From Catajapyx aquilonaris (taxonomy: Eukaryota): 64,000 bases of DNA. Positions within the stretch are counted from its first letter, which is position 1; each line of letters begins with the position of its first letter. This document shows positions 14,520 to 27,896 of the stretch, one piece after another. The stretch is from NCBI GenBank assembly GCA_000934665.2, contig KZ538477.1:1-64000 (forward strand), read 5' to 3'. The position numbers and the translations under genes are program-made. The notes under the pieces were generated by a model. That model saw only the letters and a list, made by a program, of their open reading frames with translations. It was not told where the DNA came from and made no database searches.

Positions 14520-14730
14520 TCTATCTTTCTATTTAATTTATTAATTTATTTGCGAAATTAATACAGATTATTTAATAAATTTATTTGTGAAATTAATACA
14601 ATTTAATTGATTTATGTGTGAAATTAATACAACTTAATTGATTTATGTGTGAAATTAAAACAATTTAATTAATGTATGTGTGAAATTAATACAATTTAAT
14701 TAATTTATGTGTGAAATTAATACAATTTTA
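14520..14730. repeat. AT-rich ~32-bp tandem repeat
   Basis: TTTATGTGTGAAATTAATACAATTTAATTGA repeated about 6 times. Confidence 0.85.
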
Positions 14731-16555
14731 TCTAAATATTTATTTTATTTGTTTACTTTACTTGATAAGTGCATTGATTTATTTCTTAAATTTATCTGTA
14801 TATTTATCGAGTTAGACAATATTTATTAATTTCATACATTTATTTACGTATTTTAATTAACAGATTTTTTTTGTATTGGTTTGTTTATTCGGTGACGAGA
14901 ACCGAATAATTGGAGCAAAGTTATGCTCCGAAGCTGAAATATTTTGGTGGTGTTTAATTTATGAATTTGTGTTTGTTCAATAATGCTAAATAAGGCTTAA
15001 GGGAACATTATGAATTATAGCGGGTGATCAAACAACTGCGCGCAAAAGCAAAATGTATTCCGTGTATATAGGTATATGGTTCATAATTGGCATTATTATC
15101 ACACGTCCAGCATCACATCAATTACCTGATCATGCCAAAAACATGTCGCATTTACTTGTCCACTTTTTCCCCCCTGTTACCCTTTTTACGTTGTGTAAAA
15201 GATGCAATTATTTTACAACCTCAATTTTTTTGTTAACGAGGATCAGTTTGTCTTTCGTTAAATCCGAGCCATTATAATCCCTCGATGAACAGTTGAAAGT
15301 GGTGTAATGCATTATCCTGATGTTCACAACCACATTTTTTGGTCACCTCAGTTGTGTTCCCGATGGCTCGTATAAGTACCCCCAAAAAAAAGTGAATTGA
15401 GTACGACTGCAATCGGATAGTGTAATCAGGATTACATTTGCTTCGCTGATTGTGAGCACACACTTGCAAAAATTCAACCGCATGATACGAGCCAAATGCA
15501 TTGCACAAAAATTGACGTGGGTTATTCTCTGGAATGCAAACATTGCCCTGTATAGTGATGTAGACAATCTATTTTTTAAACCGACGCACGCAATGCCAGT
15601 AATAATTCATTACAGTATATCCGTCGGATAATTGCAATAATTCAGGCGATGCACTTGCTGTGTCAATTCCTGCTATTAAAAAAACAGACAATTTAAGTTC
15701 CATCGCGCAGCATATAAGAAACGTTCATAAAATTGAAATAATTGCTTCCAATACCCATTTTTTTTTGTACCTCAGTGATTCTTCTACCTGTAAATCTAAC
15801 CTACTCGTAAAGCCTTTAAATCCCATGTTGAACGGTCATTTTTTTTTTTCCTCCTCGTGTCACACCTGGGCAGTGCTGGCCCCACCTCACAATTTTCCAG
15901 CGTCCTCATATATTCTTCAGCACGTGATTCAAGTTGACATAATGCCATTTTGTGGAGAGAGAGAAAAAACTTGTATAGCCTTATTTTTTTTGTTTGGTGT
16001 GTTGCAAGAGGCCCATGTTTTCAGGAATATTGCTCTCCGCCCTCCAGAGCGCGACATACATTTCGCATTACAGGTGTATATATACGGAGCCAGAAGTTTA
16101 TTTCCTCCCCTGCCATCCTCCACCTTAAATGGGGACGTTTTTCATGCTCGATCAGGGAATTCGAATCGACACCAAAAAAAAGGTGCGTGTATACGACCCC
16201 CCAGTTCTTACAATATTCCCTCTAGGGCGTCTAGGCACATCCGAACATGAAAGGCAATTTCCAGCTACTACATGTAACTTATGGCGAGAGAGTTGTCACT
16301 ATATACGTAGATGAAAATTTTTACGAATCCAATCATTGATAATTCCAACCGTGCAAGCTGCGTGAACTGTGGTGCGCACTAGGCTACTAATGCTCAGTTC
16401 GCGTAGTTTTCACGGTTGGAATTAACAATGATATCAGCTCTTATGTACCGCGCTGCATCACTGCATGTATTTCCAAGGCTATTGAGAGAGGGGAACAAAA
16501 TGGCCGGCGTTTGCGACGTTGCCAATTCTCCGGAACGAACCTCATAGGCTACGAG

Positions 16556-16921
16556 CAGGGAGCATATCCTACTACATAAGAGGCGCACACTTCTGTCGGC
16601 GCCTTTGATGTTCGCGTCTCTCTGTTTGGGGCCGTTGCCAGGGCTGGCGGCCATCTTGAAGTGTGGGGAACGCCAACGAGCTATAAATAGGGTACAGGCA
16701 AAAATAGGGTCCGCCATCTTTGATGGTTTTGGCGGCCATGGCAACTACACGGCAAGAATACGCGCGAATCAAAGATGGCGGACCCTATTTTTGCCTGTAC
16801 CCTATTTGTACCTCGTTGGCGTTCCCCACACTAAAAAATGGCCGCCAGCCTTGGCAACGCCCCCAAACAGAGAGACGCGGATATCGAATATTTGCGCCTC
16901 TTATGTAGTATATGCTCCCTG
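16556..16921 (+). mobile_element. Palindromic MITE, CAGGGAGC...GCTCCCTG, 7-bp TSD (P-superfamily-like), copy 1
   Basis: Long TIR; flanks CTACGAG and ATACGAG (6/7 match); near-identical to the copies at 45565, 48625 and 49871. Confidence 0.9.
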
Positions 16922-17960
16922 ATACGAGTGTGAATTGGCTCCTTGGGGAGCAACTCTGGCAACATTGTCGGAACAATGGAGCTGCGCAATGCGCTATTTG
17001 TTTTAAATCATTATATACGGAATCCACAACAAGTAAACAAGTTGACTCATCGCCTACTACCATAGTTATCACTTTCCCCTTTCAACAATTAGAGGACAAT
17101 ATAGCGCCCTGGGGGACTTTGTCCTCGCAGGGACTCATCACCAACGTGCATGTAGTAATACTTTCGCCCTGGGAGTGACAGGAGTGCGCAGAGGGAATGT
17201 GCCAATTGATAGTGGCCTATCGTACTATACGTCCAAGTTGGGGAGTGGGCCAAGCAGTGCTGCCAAAATTTGGCAACAGGTCCGCTACTAGTAAAATCAT
17301 AAGTCATTTTTCTTTAATGGTGTGTTTCGTATGGACCATTCAGCAGTGGAGCACCTTGTACTTTCCAGTCACGTGCGAGGTATACTGCCCTATATATATA
17401 CCCACATTACGATTCTGATAGTCCTAGACTCTGTAGATATGAGGGTATGGAGCAGTCTGTGAAATGGGGATAAATGGTAATGAGTCATTAATGCTTCCCC
17501 TCCCCCCCCTTCTCTTTTTACTCCAGCTCCCAATGAAAGCAAAGGGTTTTTCGCTGAAATCGGCGGATCTAGGGCCCAGNCCTTCCCTAGTCCCTATACC
17601 CAGCTTCAAGTCCTTGGTGTTTGCGGATATTTCGGCGACGGCACTTCAGCAGAACCCGCCCCGCGTTTAATAGGCCAAGTTTCGACTGCCAGGCCTCCCT
17701 GTAATTGGGAAGTTTTGGCCAAGGGATGCAAGGCAGGGAAACGCGATTGGAGAGCTTTCTATACATAAAAAAAGGGGACGTACCATTAGATGTATACGCG
17801 CCATGGGAGTAAGTGAAGGAAGATGGTGAAAAAAAAATAAACTTTTTCATCCAATTAATATTTGCACTATATGCGCATCCGGACGTCGCCAGTCCGACTG
17901 GCACGTATATGCAGATCCAACATTATGAACGTCTACTTGGGAATTGGGCTGATTAAATGA

Positions 17961-18780
17961 GAACGAACGAACGAACGGTAATACGAAGTAAAGTACTAAT
18001 AAATTAACGAACATACGGACGAACGAACTAACGTACGGACAAACGGACGAGAAAGTACGAACATACTGTACGAACGAGGGCACGAATATACGAACGAGCA
18101 TACGAAGAAATGAACAAATGTACGAACAAACGAACAAACGTACGAACAAACGAATGCACGTACGAAAAAGCGAACAAAAGTACGAACAAACGAATGCAAG
18201 TACGAACAAACGAATGCAAGTACGAAAAAACGTACAAATGTACGAACAAACAAATGCAAGTACGAAAAAACGAACAAATGTACGAAAAAACGTACAAATG
18301 TACGAACAAACGAATGCACGTACGAAAAAGCGAACAAACGAACGAAAAAACGAACAAATGTACGAACAAACGAATGCAAGTACGAAAAAGCGAACAAATG
18401 TACGAACAAACAAATGCACGTACGAAAAAACGAACAAATGAACGAACGTACCTTACTAACATACGGACAAACGTACTAACATACGGACAAACGTACTAAC
18501 ATACAGACAAACGAGCGTACGAACAAATGAACTAACGTACAGACAAATGAACTAACGAACGGATAAGTCTAAACATATACGAACGTATACAAATACACGA
18601 ACTAGCCTACGAAGAAACGAACGCAAGTACGAAAAAACAGAACAAATTAACTAATGTACTAACATACGGACACACGAACGAGCGTACAAATAAACTTGCG
18701 TACGAACAAATGAACTAAGAAACGGATAGGCCTAAACATATACGAACTTAAGAAAGAACGTATACAAACGAACGAACATA
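17961..18780. repeat. ~20-bp (10+10) tandem repeat TACGAACAAA-CGAATGCAAG with degenerate flanks
   Basis: Direct inspection; explains the repetitive ORFs at 17847-18499. Confidence 0.95.
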
Positions 18781-19666
18781 GAAATAAATGAATAAAATAA
18801 AATAAATGACTCATTAAGAGCCACATTTAGCACCCGGCCCACTGGCCTCTAAAATAAACTTCCGGAATTTTTGTTGTCCTCTCTTTTTCCTCTTTAAAAA
18901 AAAACTGATGCGACGCAGGACCTACCCCCTGAGGCTTTATCTCTGGGACATATTGTGCAGTAACAAAGTAGAAATCCACTATGGTGTAACAGTACGTTAG
19001 GAGTCTGGAGGTCTTGATTTGTGAGACCCTGAAAACTTTTGGCGGGAGAGAACAAAGGGATTTTCTTCTTTCCCCCCTCCCTCCCCCAAACCCTCGTTTT
19101 TTCCCTTTTTTCTTATTCCTTAGGTTTTATACGGGGGGGAAGATAGTCCCACAGACCCATCCTGAAGAAATCGATTCCCAAGGTCTTAAGAAGAAGAAGG
19201 AGATCAGGGGGTAGCTCATGAATATTCTCCCGGGGTTTTCTGCACCACTTGGAATGGGTATCCGGATCCAACCTCCCGGATTAAATTGTTTCCGGGGAAA
19301 ACGCCCGGAAGAAGAAATAAAATGAATCTTGCATTAAGCTATTTATCATCTTCTCCTAATTTCAAAAAAAATATATATCTTACTTTTAAATGGACCGACG
19401 ATGGAAGAAGAAAAAAAGACACATTAAGGAAGCACATTTCGTACGTCCGAAACAATACGATAGGAAATGCACATAAACTGTGGCCTAGCATGACCTTTTC
19501 TGACCTGAAACCATGACGTCATTCGGGCTTTTGAAAAAAATTTATTCGAAACTCGTTGCTTCCGATTGCAGTTACTAAGATTTAAACGTCACGTAACGTT
19601 GCAACACTGAAATATTCGCAATTTAACCTAGTTAACAATATTTAATAAACCACTGGTAAAATTCTT

Positions 19667-20052
19667 AGTGCCTTATACCCAAAATGTAGGGTCTAAAATT
19701 ATGCTAATACTAGTTCAATCCACCAGAGGCGCTGTCTCCCCAATTGCGCATGCGCAGAACAGTGGCCAATCGGACGAGTCGCGGTAATACGGCTGCCCAA
19801 TCAAAAGCATCTGTCAAACAAACGAAGGATTTTAATATTACAGCAGTGCCTTATGCCCAAAATGTAGGGTCTAAAAATTACGTTAATTTCAATCCACCAG
19901 AGGCGCTGTCTCCCCAATTGCGCATGCGCAGAACGGGGACCAATCGGACGAGTCGCTGTAACACTATATGGCAGCCCAATCAAAAAGCATCGGTCACACA
20001 AACGAAGGATTTTACTATAAGTGCAAATATCAAAAATGTAGGGTCTAAAATT
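19667..20052 (+). repeat. Tandem duplication (~178-bp unit, 2 copies plus a partial) of a dispersed repeat also present at ~570-665 (minus) and ~2590-2670
   Basis: AGTGCCTTAT..CAAAATGTAGGGTCTAAAATT..CCACCAGAGGCGCTGTCTCCC.AATTGCGCATGCGCAGAAC..CCAATCGGACGAGTCGC repeated. Confidence 0.85.
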
Positions 20053-20496
20053 ATTATATATATATATTTTAAAAAAAGCGACAACAATCTGACCTGACCT
20101 AATTATGCAATCAGCTCAGCGCCAAATTAACACGGTGCTGACGTCATAAAACTGAATAAGCTTGGCTGCTGGAACTAGTCGATTTCACCTGGCGTGACCC
20201 GATTTTAAATATTTCATATCTGCCTCCCTTCCCTCTCCTCCACCCCCCTCCACTTTGCCAACCCATTTCTTTCGCTTATTCACGCTTCAAAAAGCTCGAT
20301 AACACATCTCTAATAAAAATTGCACAATCACGTTCTTTCTTTTTTTATCACCCACGCTACATGCACAGGATGTCCCATTATAGAGAAAATATTGTAATTA
20401 TAATTATTAAATATTATTAATATGCAGGTTTGGACCAGTTGGACTGTACGTGTCTTCAATTAGCTCTGGGGATGGAAATGGGACTTTTTACTGTAA

Positions 20497-20742
20497 CTGT
20501 GGGGACATTTTCAAATTGTGGGGACATTTCTGGTCCCCACAATTGATTCCACCTGTTGGGTACATCTTTAGTGGGGACATGTCCCCACAATTGGGTCTCT
20601 TTAAAAACCACTTATCTCAGCCTAGGTTAGTTAGGTTAGGTTAGGTTAGGTTTAGTGGTTGGTTAGGTTAGGTTAGGTTAGGTTAGCATAGTTTATGTTA
20701 GGACAAACTAGGTTTCAAAAGTTGTTAGCCATGTCCCCACAG
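20497..20742. mobile_element. Small TIR element containing a (TTAGG)n tract
   Basis: CTGTGGGGACAT...ATGTCCCCACAG ends with internal copies of the same motif; GGTTA/TTAGG run at about 20624-20700. Confidence 0.6.
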
Positions 20743-21546
20743 CTGATGGCGTGCAAACCTGTGTGTGGCTGACCTTGCCTGTAAAGTTGTGCGCCTGATT
20801 GTTGGGCAATGCGTGATACAAGGGTGCTGTTGCCTACACTGCAGGCGTCACACATTTTCCTGTGGCACTATAAAGTCAAGTTTTATCGTGAAAATTCTTC
20901 GGGGTCAGTTCTAATTCAGCTTGAGCGAAGAATTGCGACAAAATTGGCATTGAAAAAATCCAGGAGCACTGTACACCGTGGCGTGGTTGTACAGGCAGAA
21001 ATAATTTAGCGGAGTCAAAATATTTGAAAATGTCATGGCCTGATAAATCCCCCTTCTTTTTTGAGGGGTTTTATATAGGAATCGAGGCTGCAAAGTGCAG
21101 GGGTAAAACCGGGCTTTGAACCACCACATTTATAAACCAAAAAAAATTGCGCCTGGCTGCAAACAGGCCTTGACACTTCTAGTACAGTTTCAGGTCAAAT
21201 ATTGCTTCAGTTAAGTAGACGCGGCCTTGTTTATTTTTTAAATACCGCGCAATAATTAATTAGACCGAGGATCATATACACTTCACTGATCAAGTTCTCA
21301 GGTGCACAGGTTATGCACAGATTACTCCAGCAATCAGTTTAGAAGTGAAGCAATTATAGTCCATTGGAAAGCCCATTTACTATAGCAGGGAACCAGTTCT
21401 TCGCACTGGTATAATATGGGTACGAAATGGGTATAAAATCTGAACAAATAAACAAACTTTACAACAAACCTGGACTTCATTTATATCCATTTCATGCCCA
21501 TTTTATACCTATACTTTTAGGACAAACAAACTTTGCCATTTATATA

Positions 21547-21709
21547 CAGTTGAATCCGGATATATCAGACTTTCAGTTATATAACAGACTTGAAAGGACA
21601 GTCACGTCATACTTCCATATATGGCTTGTGTATTCGGCTATAACAGACCTTGGTTATAACATGCTGATTTACACGGTTCCTCGAAGTCTGTTATATCCGG
21701 ATTCAACTG
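21547..21709. mobile_element. Tc1/mariner(pogo)-type MITE
   Basis: TA|CAGTTGAATCCGGATATATCAGACTT...AAGTCTGTTATATCCGGATTCAACTG|TA. Confidence 0.85.
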
Positions 21710-21786
21710 TACATAGATTTATTTATTTATTTATTAGTCTACTTGTCTAATCATGTGTTTCTATATACCTTCTTTCAGAATTATTA

Positions 21787-21975
21787 TCCACGAAAAGGTG
21801 TAGCTGTGATAAATATTTATTTTTAAATGCAGTATGTTTACTATAAATCCATATCTGCATGTACAAGTACATAAATTATTATAATTATTTATTATGTACT
21901 TGTACATTCAGATATGGGTTTATAAACACACTGTATTTAAAAATTAATATTTATCACAGCTACATCTTCGTGGAT
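21787..21975. repeat. AT-rich ~190-bp imperfect palindrome (probable hairpin MITE)
   Basis: ATCCACGAAAAGGTGTAGCTGTGATAAATATT...AATATTTATCACAGCTACATCTTCGTGGAT, with pairing continuing to the centre (ATGTACAAGTACATA / TATGTACTTGTACAT). Confidence 0.8.
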
Positions 21976-24385
21976 TTATAAATTTACTGTATTTAAAAAT
22001 ATATATATATATATATCTCTCTCACGTGAATATATAATAATCAGTTGCCTATTATAGAAGCAACAACTGGGAGCCATATTCAATGGTTGTGAGTGTTGCT
22101 TCTCTTTAAACATTTTCAGCTCTGATCTGACCTATAGATTGTTGACCATCTTATTATTTCAATAACTGACATCAAAAGGAGCTAATTATTTTGGCATCAA
22201 ACAAAAAATAATGTGTAATATGCAGGCAATTATTAATCAGATGCTAATTTGGAGACAAGGCTCCAATTCCTTTGTGATATGTAAATTACCCTTCCCAATA
22301 TCTGACAGTTTGGAATTTAAAAAAAAAACTTGAAGTAAACGGGTGTTCTCAGCACATAAACCTAATTACATCTGTGGCCGTGATTGGCTAAAACTTTGGC
22401 TCGTTTTACCCTCCTTTTTTTATGCGCCAACAGAAGAGATCCCATTGTGAGCAGATCAGAGATAACGGGGATTTTTTTCTCTCTCTCTCTGCCTCTCCCT
22501 CTCTCTGTATGTATATGAAAAGGCATAATTTCAGGGTAATTCGCAAGTACGATGACGAATGCTGATAATTCTGTTGGCGAATCTTTTATGCATTCGGGGG
22601 GGCATGCCCGATTTGCATGCTATCGATCAGAATCCGGAATTTTGGTTCGCGGGGATTTTTTTTTTTTTGTTTGCATTTAGTATAGGCTATATCATACAGT
22701 GTGGCTGCGCGGAATGAATTTTCGATAGACTTTGCTGGGATATATCGGAAGTCAACTGATTGTTGCCAAACCATTTTTAACGATGAATAATCGGCTTGTT
22801 AAAAATTGGGAATTGTTACAATGACAGGATAGTGTCAGACTATATATACGAGCGCACCACAGTTTACGCAGCTTGCACTGTTGGCATTATCAATGATAGT
22901 TGTTAAGCTCTCTCAAATAATGGATGGAACTGCACTTATTTCCAACGCTATACGCTTGAGAGAAACAAAATCGCCAACGTTTGCGGCGTTGCAGAAGCTA
23001 AGGGTATGATTAATTTTTAATAATTGAAAAGGGGCTCTCTGTGCAATAACCAGCAGGCATGTGGACTTACCTGCCTTTTCGCTTTAAAACTCTGGAAAAA
23101 AAAAGGTCCCAAGTCCACATACCTGGTTATTGCAGAGAGCCCATCAATTTATTGTAATAATAATATTTATATCGTTATTGTTTATATTTTAATTATTTTT
23201 ACTTAATTTGTATAATTTTTTATAAATGTTACAATTCTGACTTCAATGATTTTAATAATTTTTGTTACAATTTTAATATTTATAATATCAATAATTATTT
23301 CGTACTTTTACTTCTAATTTTTAGAAATGCAATAATTTTAATTTTAATACTTTTGATTTGTATAATTTCCATAAATGTTATAGTTTCAATTATGTAATTT
23401 TTAAAAATGCTACAATTTTAATTTTAAGGATTTTAATAATTTAAGCCCATGGGGAGTAACTCTGGCAACGTTGTTGTCACGACAGAAGAGCTGCGCGAAT
23501 GAGGGTGCGCACTTATAGTGCCGTACAGTTTTTATGGGGGGAAAAAAATCACTAACGTAAGTTTATTATGAATCTGCAAACCACAATATTGATGCGAAAA
23601 TTGGCTGGATATTTGCACGAACCGGTTTTAAATCCGTGTGTTTATAGTATACCGTCGTGTACGTGTGTACCTTTCCCTCTCCAATCTTCTGCCAGAACCT
23701 GTGTTGGGTTCCTATGACCTCGAGCAGCAGCCTAAACACTGTTTCACGAACCAGTCCCGCAAACCGTACAATTGAATTCCCAAGTTTTCGTGACTGTTTC
23801 CGCCTATAGACGATCCGAGTTAGGAAAGGTAAAGGTATATAGGGAGGGGCGGGGTCGGAGGGACAGGAGAGAATGACGGGGGAAAAGAAGTTTAAGCTGG
23901 CGAAACTTGGAATCGCGAGACCCATCTATACCCTGCCGAAGAAGAAGAAGAAGAAAAAAAGTGTCAAAATGCCAAAGTGGTATGGCGACATTGATTCTTT
24001 TTGGAGATATCTGCTTGTCCCGTGTCCCAGGACAGAGAGGAAAGGGATGGGAAAAAGAGGAGCCCGATAAGGACGGAAATACCTCAGATGCGATTTCTCT
24101 CCTCTGCAGGCGGAGTTGTCAAATTTTGGACCTCCTCTATCTACTAGAAAGAACCAACTGTCAGAAGAATTTCGGCTCGACAGAACGAAACGAAATGTCA
24201 AGTGGTTAGGCTGTCGTCTACTGGCGCATCACAGTTAGCGCAGCTTGCACGGTTGGAATTATTAATGATATCTATATAATGATGTGTACTGCTCTGCATG
24301 TATTTCCAACGCTACGGTTGGGAGGGGAACAAAATGGCCGACGTTTGCGATGTAGCCAATGCTCCGGAACGAACCTCAGAGGCTA

Positions 24386-24742
24386 CACTCTAAGAAATGT
24401 CCGGGTTAAATGTATTTATCCCGGAAAAAAAGATCACTTTTGTCATGGTTATTTAACCCGGACATTTCTTAATCATGATTATTTAACCCGGACATTTCTT
24501 AGTCAGGATTATTTAACCCGGACATTTCTTAGTCATGGTTATTTAACCCGGACATTTCTTAGTCATGATTATTTAACCCGGACATTTCTTAGTCATGATT
24601 ATTTAACCCGGACATTTCTCAGTCATGACTTAACCATGACCATGACTTAACCATGACTAAGAAATGTCCGGGTTAAATAACCATGACAAAAGTGATCTTT
24701 GTTCCGGGATAAATACATTTAACCCGGACATTTCTTAGAGTG
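24386..24742. mobile_element. CACT-ended MITE with TA flanks and an internal 30-bp array (CMC/EnSpm-like), copy 1
   Basis: TA|CACTCTAAGAAATGTCCGGGTTAAATG...CATTTAACCCGGACATTTCTTAGAGTG|TA; six tandem TCATG(G/A)TTATTTAACCCGGACATTTCTTAG units. Confidence 0.85.
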
Positions 24743-25715
24743 TACGGATGAGTGTAGATTATTTATTTCGCTTCTCGTTGTTGTGGGAACAATGGAGCTG
24801 CGCGAGTGTGAGTACGCTCGTAGCGGAGTGCGCACGGCAAGTTCGCGCAGCTGCCACGGTTGGAATTATGTCTGGTAGATGCTCTGGCACAGCTGGATTG
24901 TAAACTCACGACCCCCCCTTCCCATAACTCTATTTCCATCGTAGAAAAGACAAGGTCTTGACCCACTTGGACACATCAAGAGTGGGCGGGTCCAAAGTGC
25001 CCTCTTTTTCCACCTGGCTTCAGATTTAGGGAGAGGCAATTAGGGGGGTTAATTACCCACTGGTTAAACGACCGGTGTGTGTATGTGGCCCCGCTCTTTC
25101 AGTCAGGAACGTTAACCCACTTTTATTTTTTTTCATTGAAAAGGTCAAACTCGTACTTGGAGCAGAACCCAACCGGAAAGGGATATTGGGAAGAGGACAC
25201 GATATAACTGGTTCGGCATTGGNCCCCCCCCCCCCCCCCGGATTATCCCCCACCAGTGCATGGATGGCAACTCGTCAAACGACGACGAAAAAAAATATTG
25301 TGACATTGATGCGACGAATATTGCGACTAGTTTTCTGCCTCCTGGCACTGGAGGCGTTGCACTGTCATAAAGTACGAGCATGTTGCAGCCTATTTCTTAT
25401 CCTAAAACACTATACAAGTACGCACGTGGGCGTCGGGCCAAAGTTGGAAGACTGTGGCCCTACTCTTTGATATTAGCCCGATGCGGAACCACAGGCCAAG
25501 GTCATTCATCCGTCTGTCCGCACTTGTTACGTCACTACCGGTGAAGGATAAATAGTGGGGGGGAAAACGGAGGATGCCCTGCCCCCCCCCCCTGTATACT
25601 CAAAGTCACGTTAACTGTAGCGCTGAAGGCAGGGCTACATAATCTATTATGAATATCTGGACCAAAACGTGTACGAAGAACGGGATCCGCTGGTAGTCCA
25701 TATAGGCCTACTACT

Positions 25716-26275
25716 GTAGTAGAAGATCCCGTTCTTCGCATAGGACCATTGCAACAATGACATCTACACGTATAGGCCTACATAAGGAACACTTTGTTTG
25801 TCCATGGCAACTGGTCTCCATGGCAGGGGGATTACCATTGCAACTATGCTGGCGTTCAACACTATATCAATGGTCCCGTTGTAATCCCCTTGCCACGACT
25901 TCAGACCCGTTGCTATGGACAAACAAACGAACAAACAAACAAACTTTTTTTCCCCTTTTGTGCATGTTCTTCGCACGGCCTCCGTTTCCATGGTAAGCAG
26001 CAACAAACACATTGCTGGCATCATGACACCATCGATCTCTCTACAGTGTTGAATGCGATGTCATTGTTGCCATGGTCACCCCCATTTCCATGAAGATCCG
26101 TTGCCATGGACAGGCAAACATACTTTTCCTTATAGTATACATGACATTGTTGCCGTGGTCCCATCCGTATCCACATTCTGTGTCCATTCCGTATGAAATG
26201 GGTAGGCTACTGGGTATGCAATGTATACAGGTATGAAATGGGACAAACCAACAAACTTTGCCCTTTATATATAGA
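25716..26275 (-). mobile_element. Non-autonomous Helitron-like element
   Basis: Minus strand begins TCTATATATAAAGGGCAAAGTTTGTTGG and ends GCGAAGAACGGGATCTTCTACTAC; no TIR or TSD; the same ends recur at 43845-43955 and 44707-44813 with a canonical CTAG 3' end. Confidence 0.55.
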
Positions 26276-26929
26276 CGTCCAATTTGGACAACGCCAAAGT
26301 GAAAATAACAACAACAGGGGGTTAAGGAACTTGGCCGTCAAACTCCTGTCTATCGTCTGGGGAGACCTATAGCCAGAGAGTGCATTGGAAGATAAAAACC
26401 CGGAGTCTCTCTGTGTATTAAATGATTGGTAGCCTAACTATAAAGCGGGCCCCTGAGCGAGAGTGAAGTCTCATGCACCTCCTCCTATATACGTCCAGCA
26501 TGCTATAAAGATGGCTGCTGTCACTCAAAGTCTTCGACCAGTCCTTTTCCATCAGATGCTTTGACCTTAAACGGAAAAAAAAAGTGTCGAAATAACTGGG
26601 GCTTACCTAAGAGACGGAGGAGTGCTCTAGAAGCCGGTCCAGAAGTAACGTTGATTGACGCCAGGCGGGCCAATGGGCGCCATCTTCTTCCTCCGCCATG
26701 TTGGCCTCCACTGCACACAACCACGGAAAGAAATTAAACTCCAGTTAATTCGACCCAATTTCAACTGTTGAACTAAATGAACAACCACAGCATGCACGGT
26801 TGGAACTATCTCTCTGTACACTGCACTTATTTCCAACGCTACAGTAAGAAACAAAATGGCCGACGTTTGCGACGTTGCCAAGCCTCTGTAACGAACCGCA
26901 GAAGCTACTGGGGAGTAACTCTGCCTATA

Positions 26930-27137
26930 CAGGGTGGTCCAAGTTCAAGTGTCGTTTTATAACGGCGATTAATAGCAGTGATTTTGCGATGACGTAGCAG
27001 CGACGCGTAAAATGTCCCACTTCGGCGCATCTTCGGGCGCAATCGAAGTGGGCAATTTTACACGTCGCTGCTACGTCATCGTTAAGCGCTTCTATTAATC
27101 GCCGTTATAAAACGACACTTGAACTTGTACCACCCTG
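26930..27137. mobile_element. Almost fully palindromic Tc1/mariner-type MITE
   Basis: TA|CAGGGTGGTCCAAGTTCAAGTGTCGTTTTATAACGGCGATTAATAG...CTATTAATCGCCGTTATAAAACGACACTTGAACTTGTACCACCCTG|TA. Confidence 0.9.
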
Positions 27138-27684
27138 TATTGTCAGAACAATGGAGCTGCGCGAATGTGGGTGCGCACTCGGTTTTAAATTCATTTACAG
27201 AAAAAAGACAAAGTCGTCTCCGGTTGACGGTAATTGAAGTTCCGGGCACATTAATCTTAAATATTGACAGTTTCAATATCAGGAAGTCGAGGTGTTGGAA
27301 ATGTCAACATAATATCGCTCAAAGTCCGGGGATTAACATGGAAGCACCGAAGCAGTACAAATAACCATCGGGAGGGGGCGATGGAAACATCTATAGTCGA
27401 TAAATCGACAGTCATGTCCTTGACACAGAAGGAAGCTACTGTGTAACCTCTACGAAAGGCAAAAAAAAAAAAGATGAGACGCTAAATCAAGCTGATTAAA
27501 TCTAGATATACGACCCCGCGGTTAATTGGCAACTTTGGATTAACTGTGTCGAAAAATATCATGACGTTTATTCATGATGCAAACACCAAGATTATAAATT
27601 ACTAACTGAAGTTTAGGCAATGTGATGATGTGGCGCTAACTGTCAGTTAAGACGGTTTATCCTAACCAGTGATTTGAACACCTG

Positions 27685-27896
27685 GGGCCGAATTCAGAGA
27701 GGTTTCTTAACGTAAACGCGCCCGATTAAATCCTTTAGTCATCCTCGATTAGCAAATTTAACCAACCTGCTAATACAAAGACGCCGATTAGCGCCCCCTA
27801 ATCGCACTTGCTAGCACTTTTAAAGTTGCTAATCAAGGATGACTAAAGGATTTAATCGGGCGCATTTACGTTAAGCAACCTCTCTGAATTCGGACC
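27685..27896. mobile_element. PIF/Harbinger-like palindromic MITE, copy 1
   Basis: GGGCCGAATTCAGAGAGG...CCTCTCTGAATTCGGACC; flanks CTG and CGG (degenerate 3-bp TSD); homologous to 29081-29299. Confidence 0.8.

Noticed and set aside
17847..18499. Five overlapping ORFs of 107-196 aa
   Set aside because: By-product of a 20-bp tandem repeat that lacks stop codons
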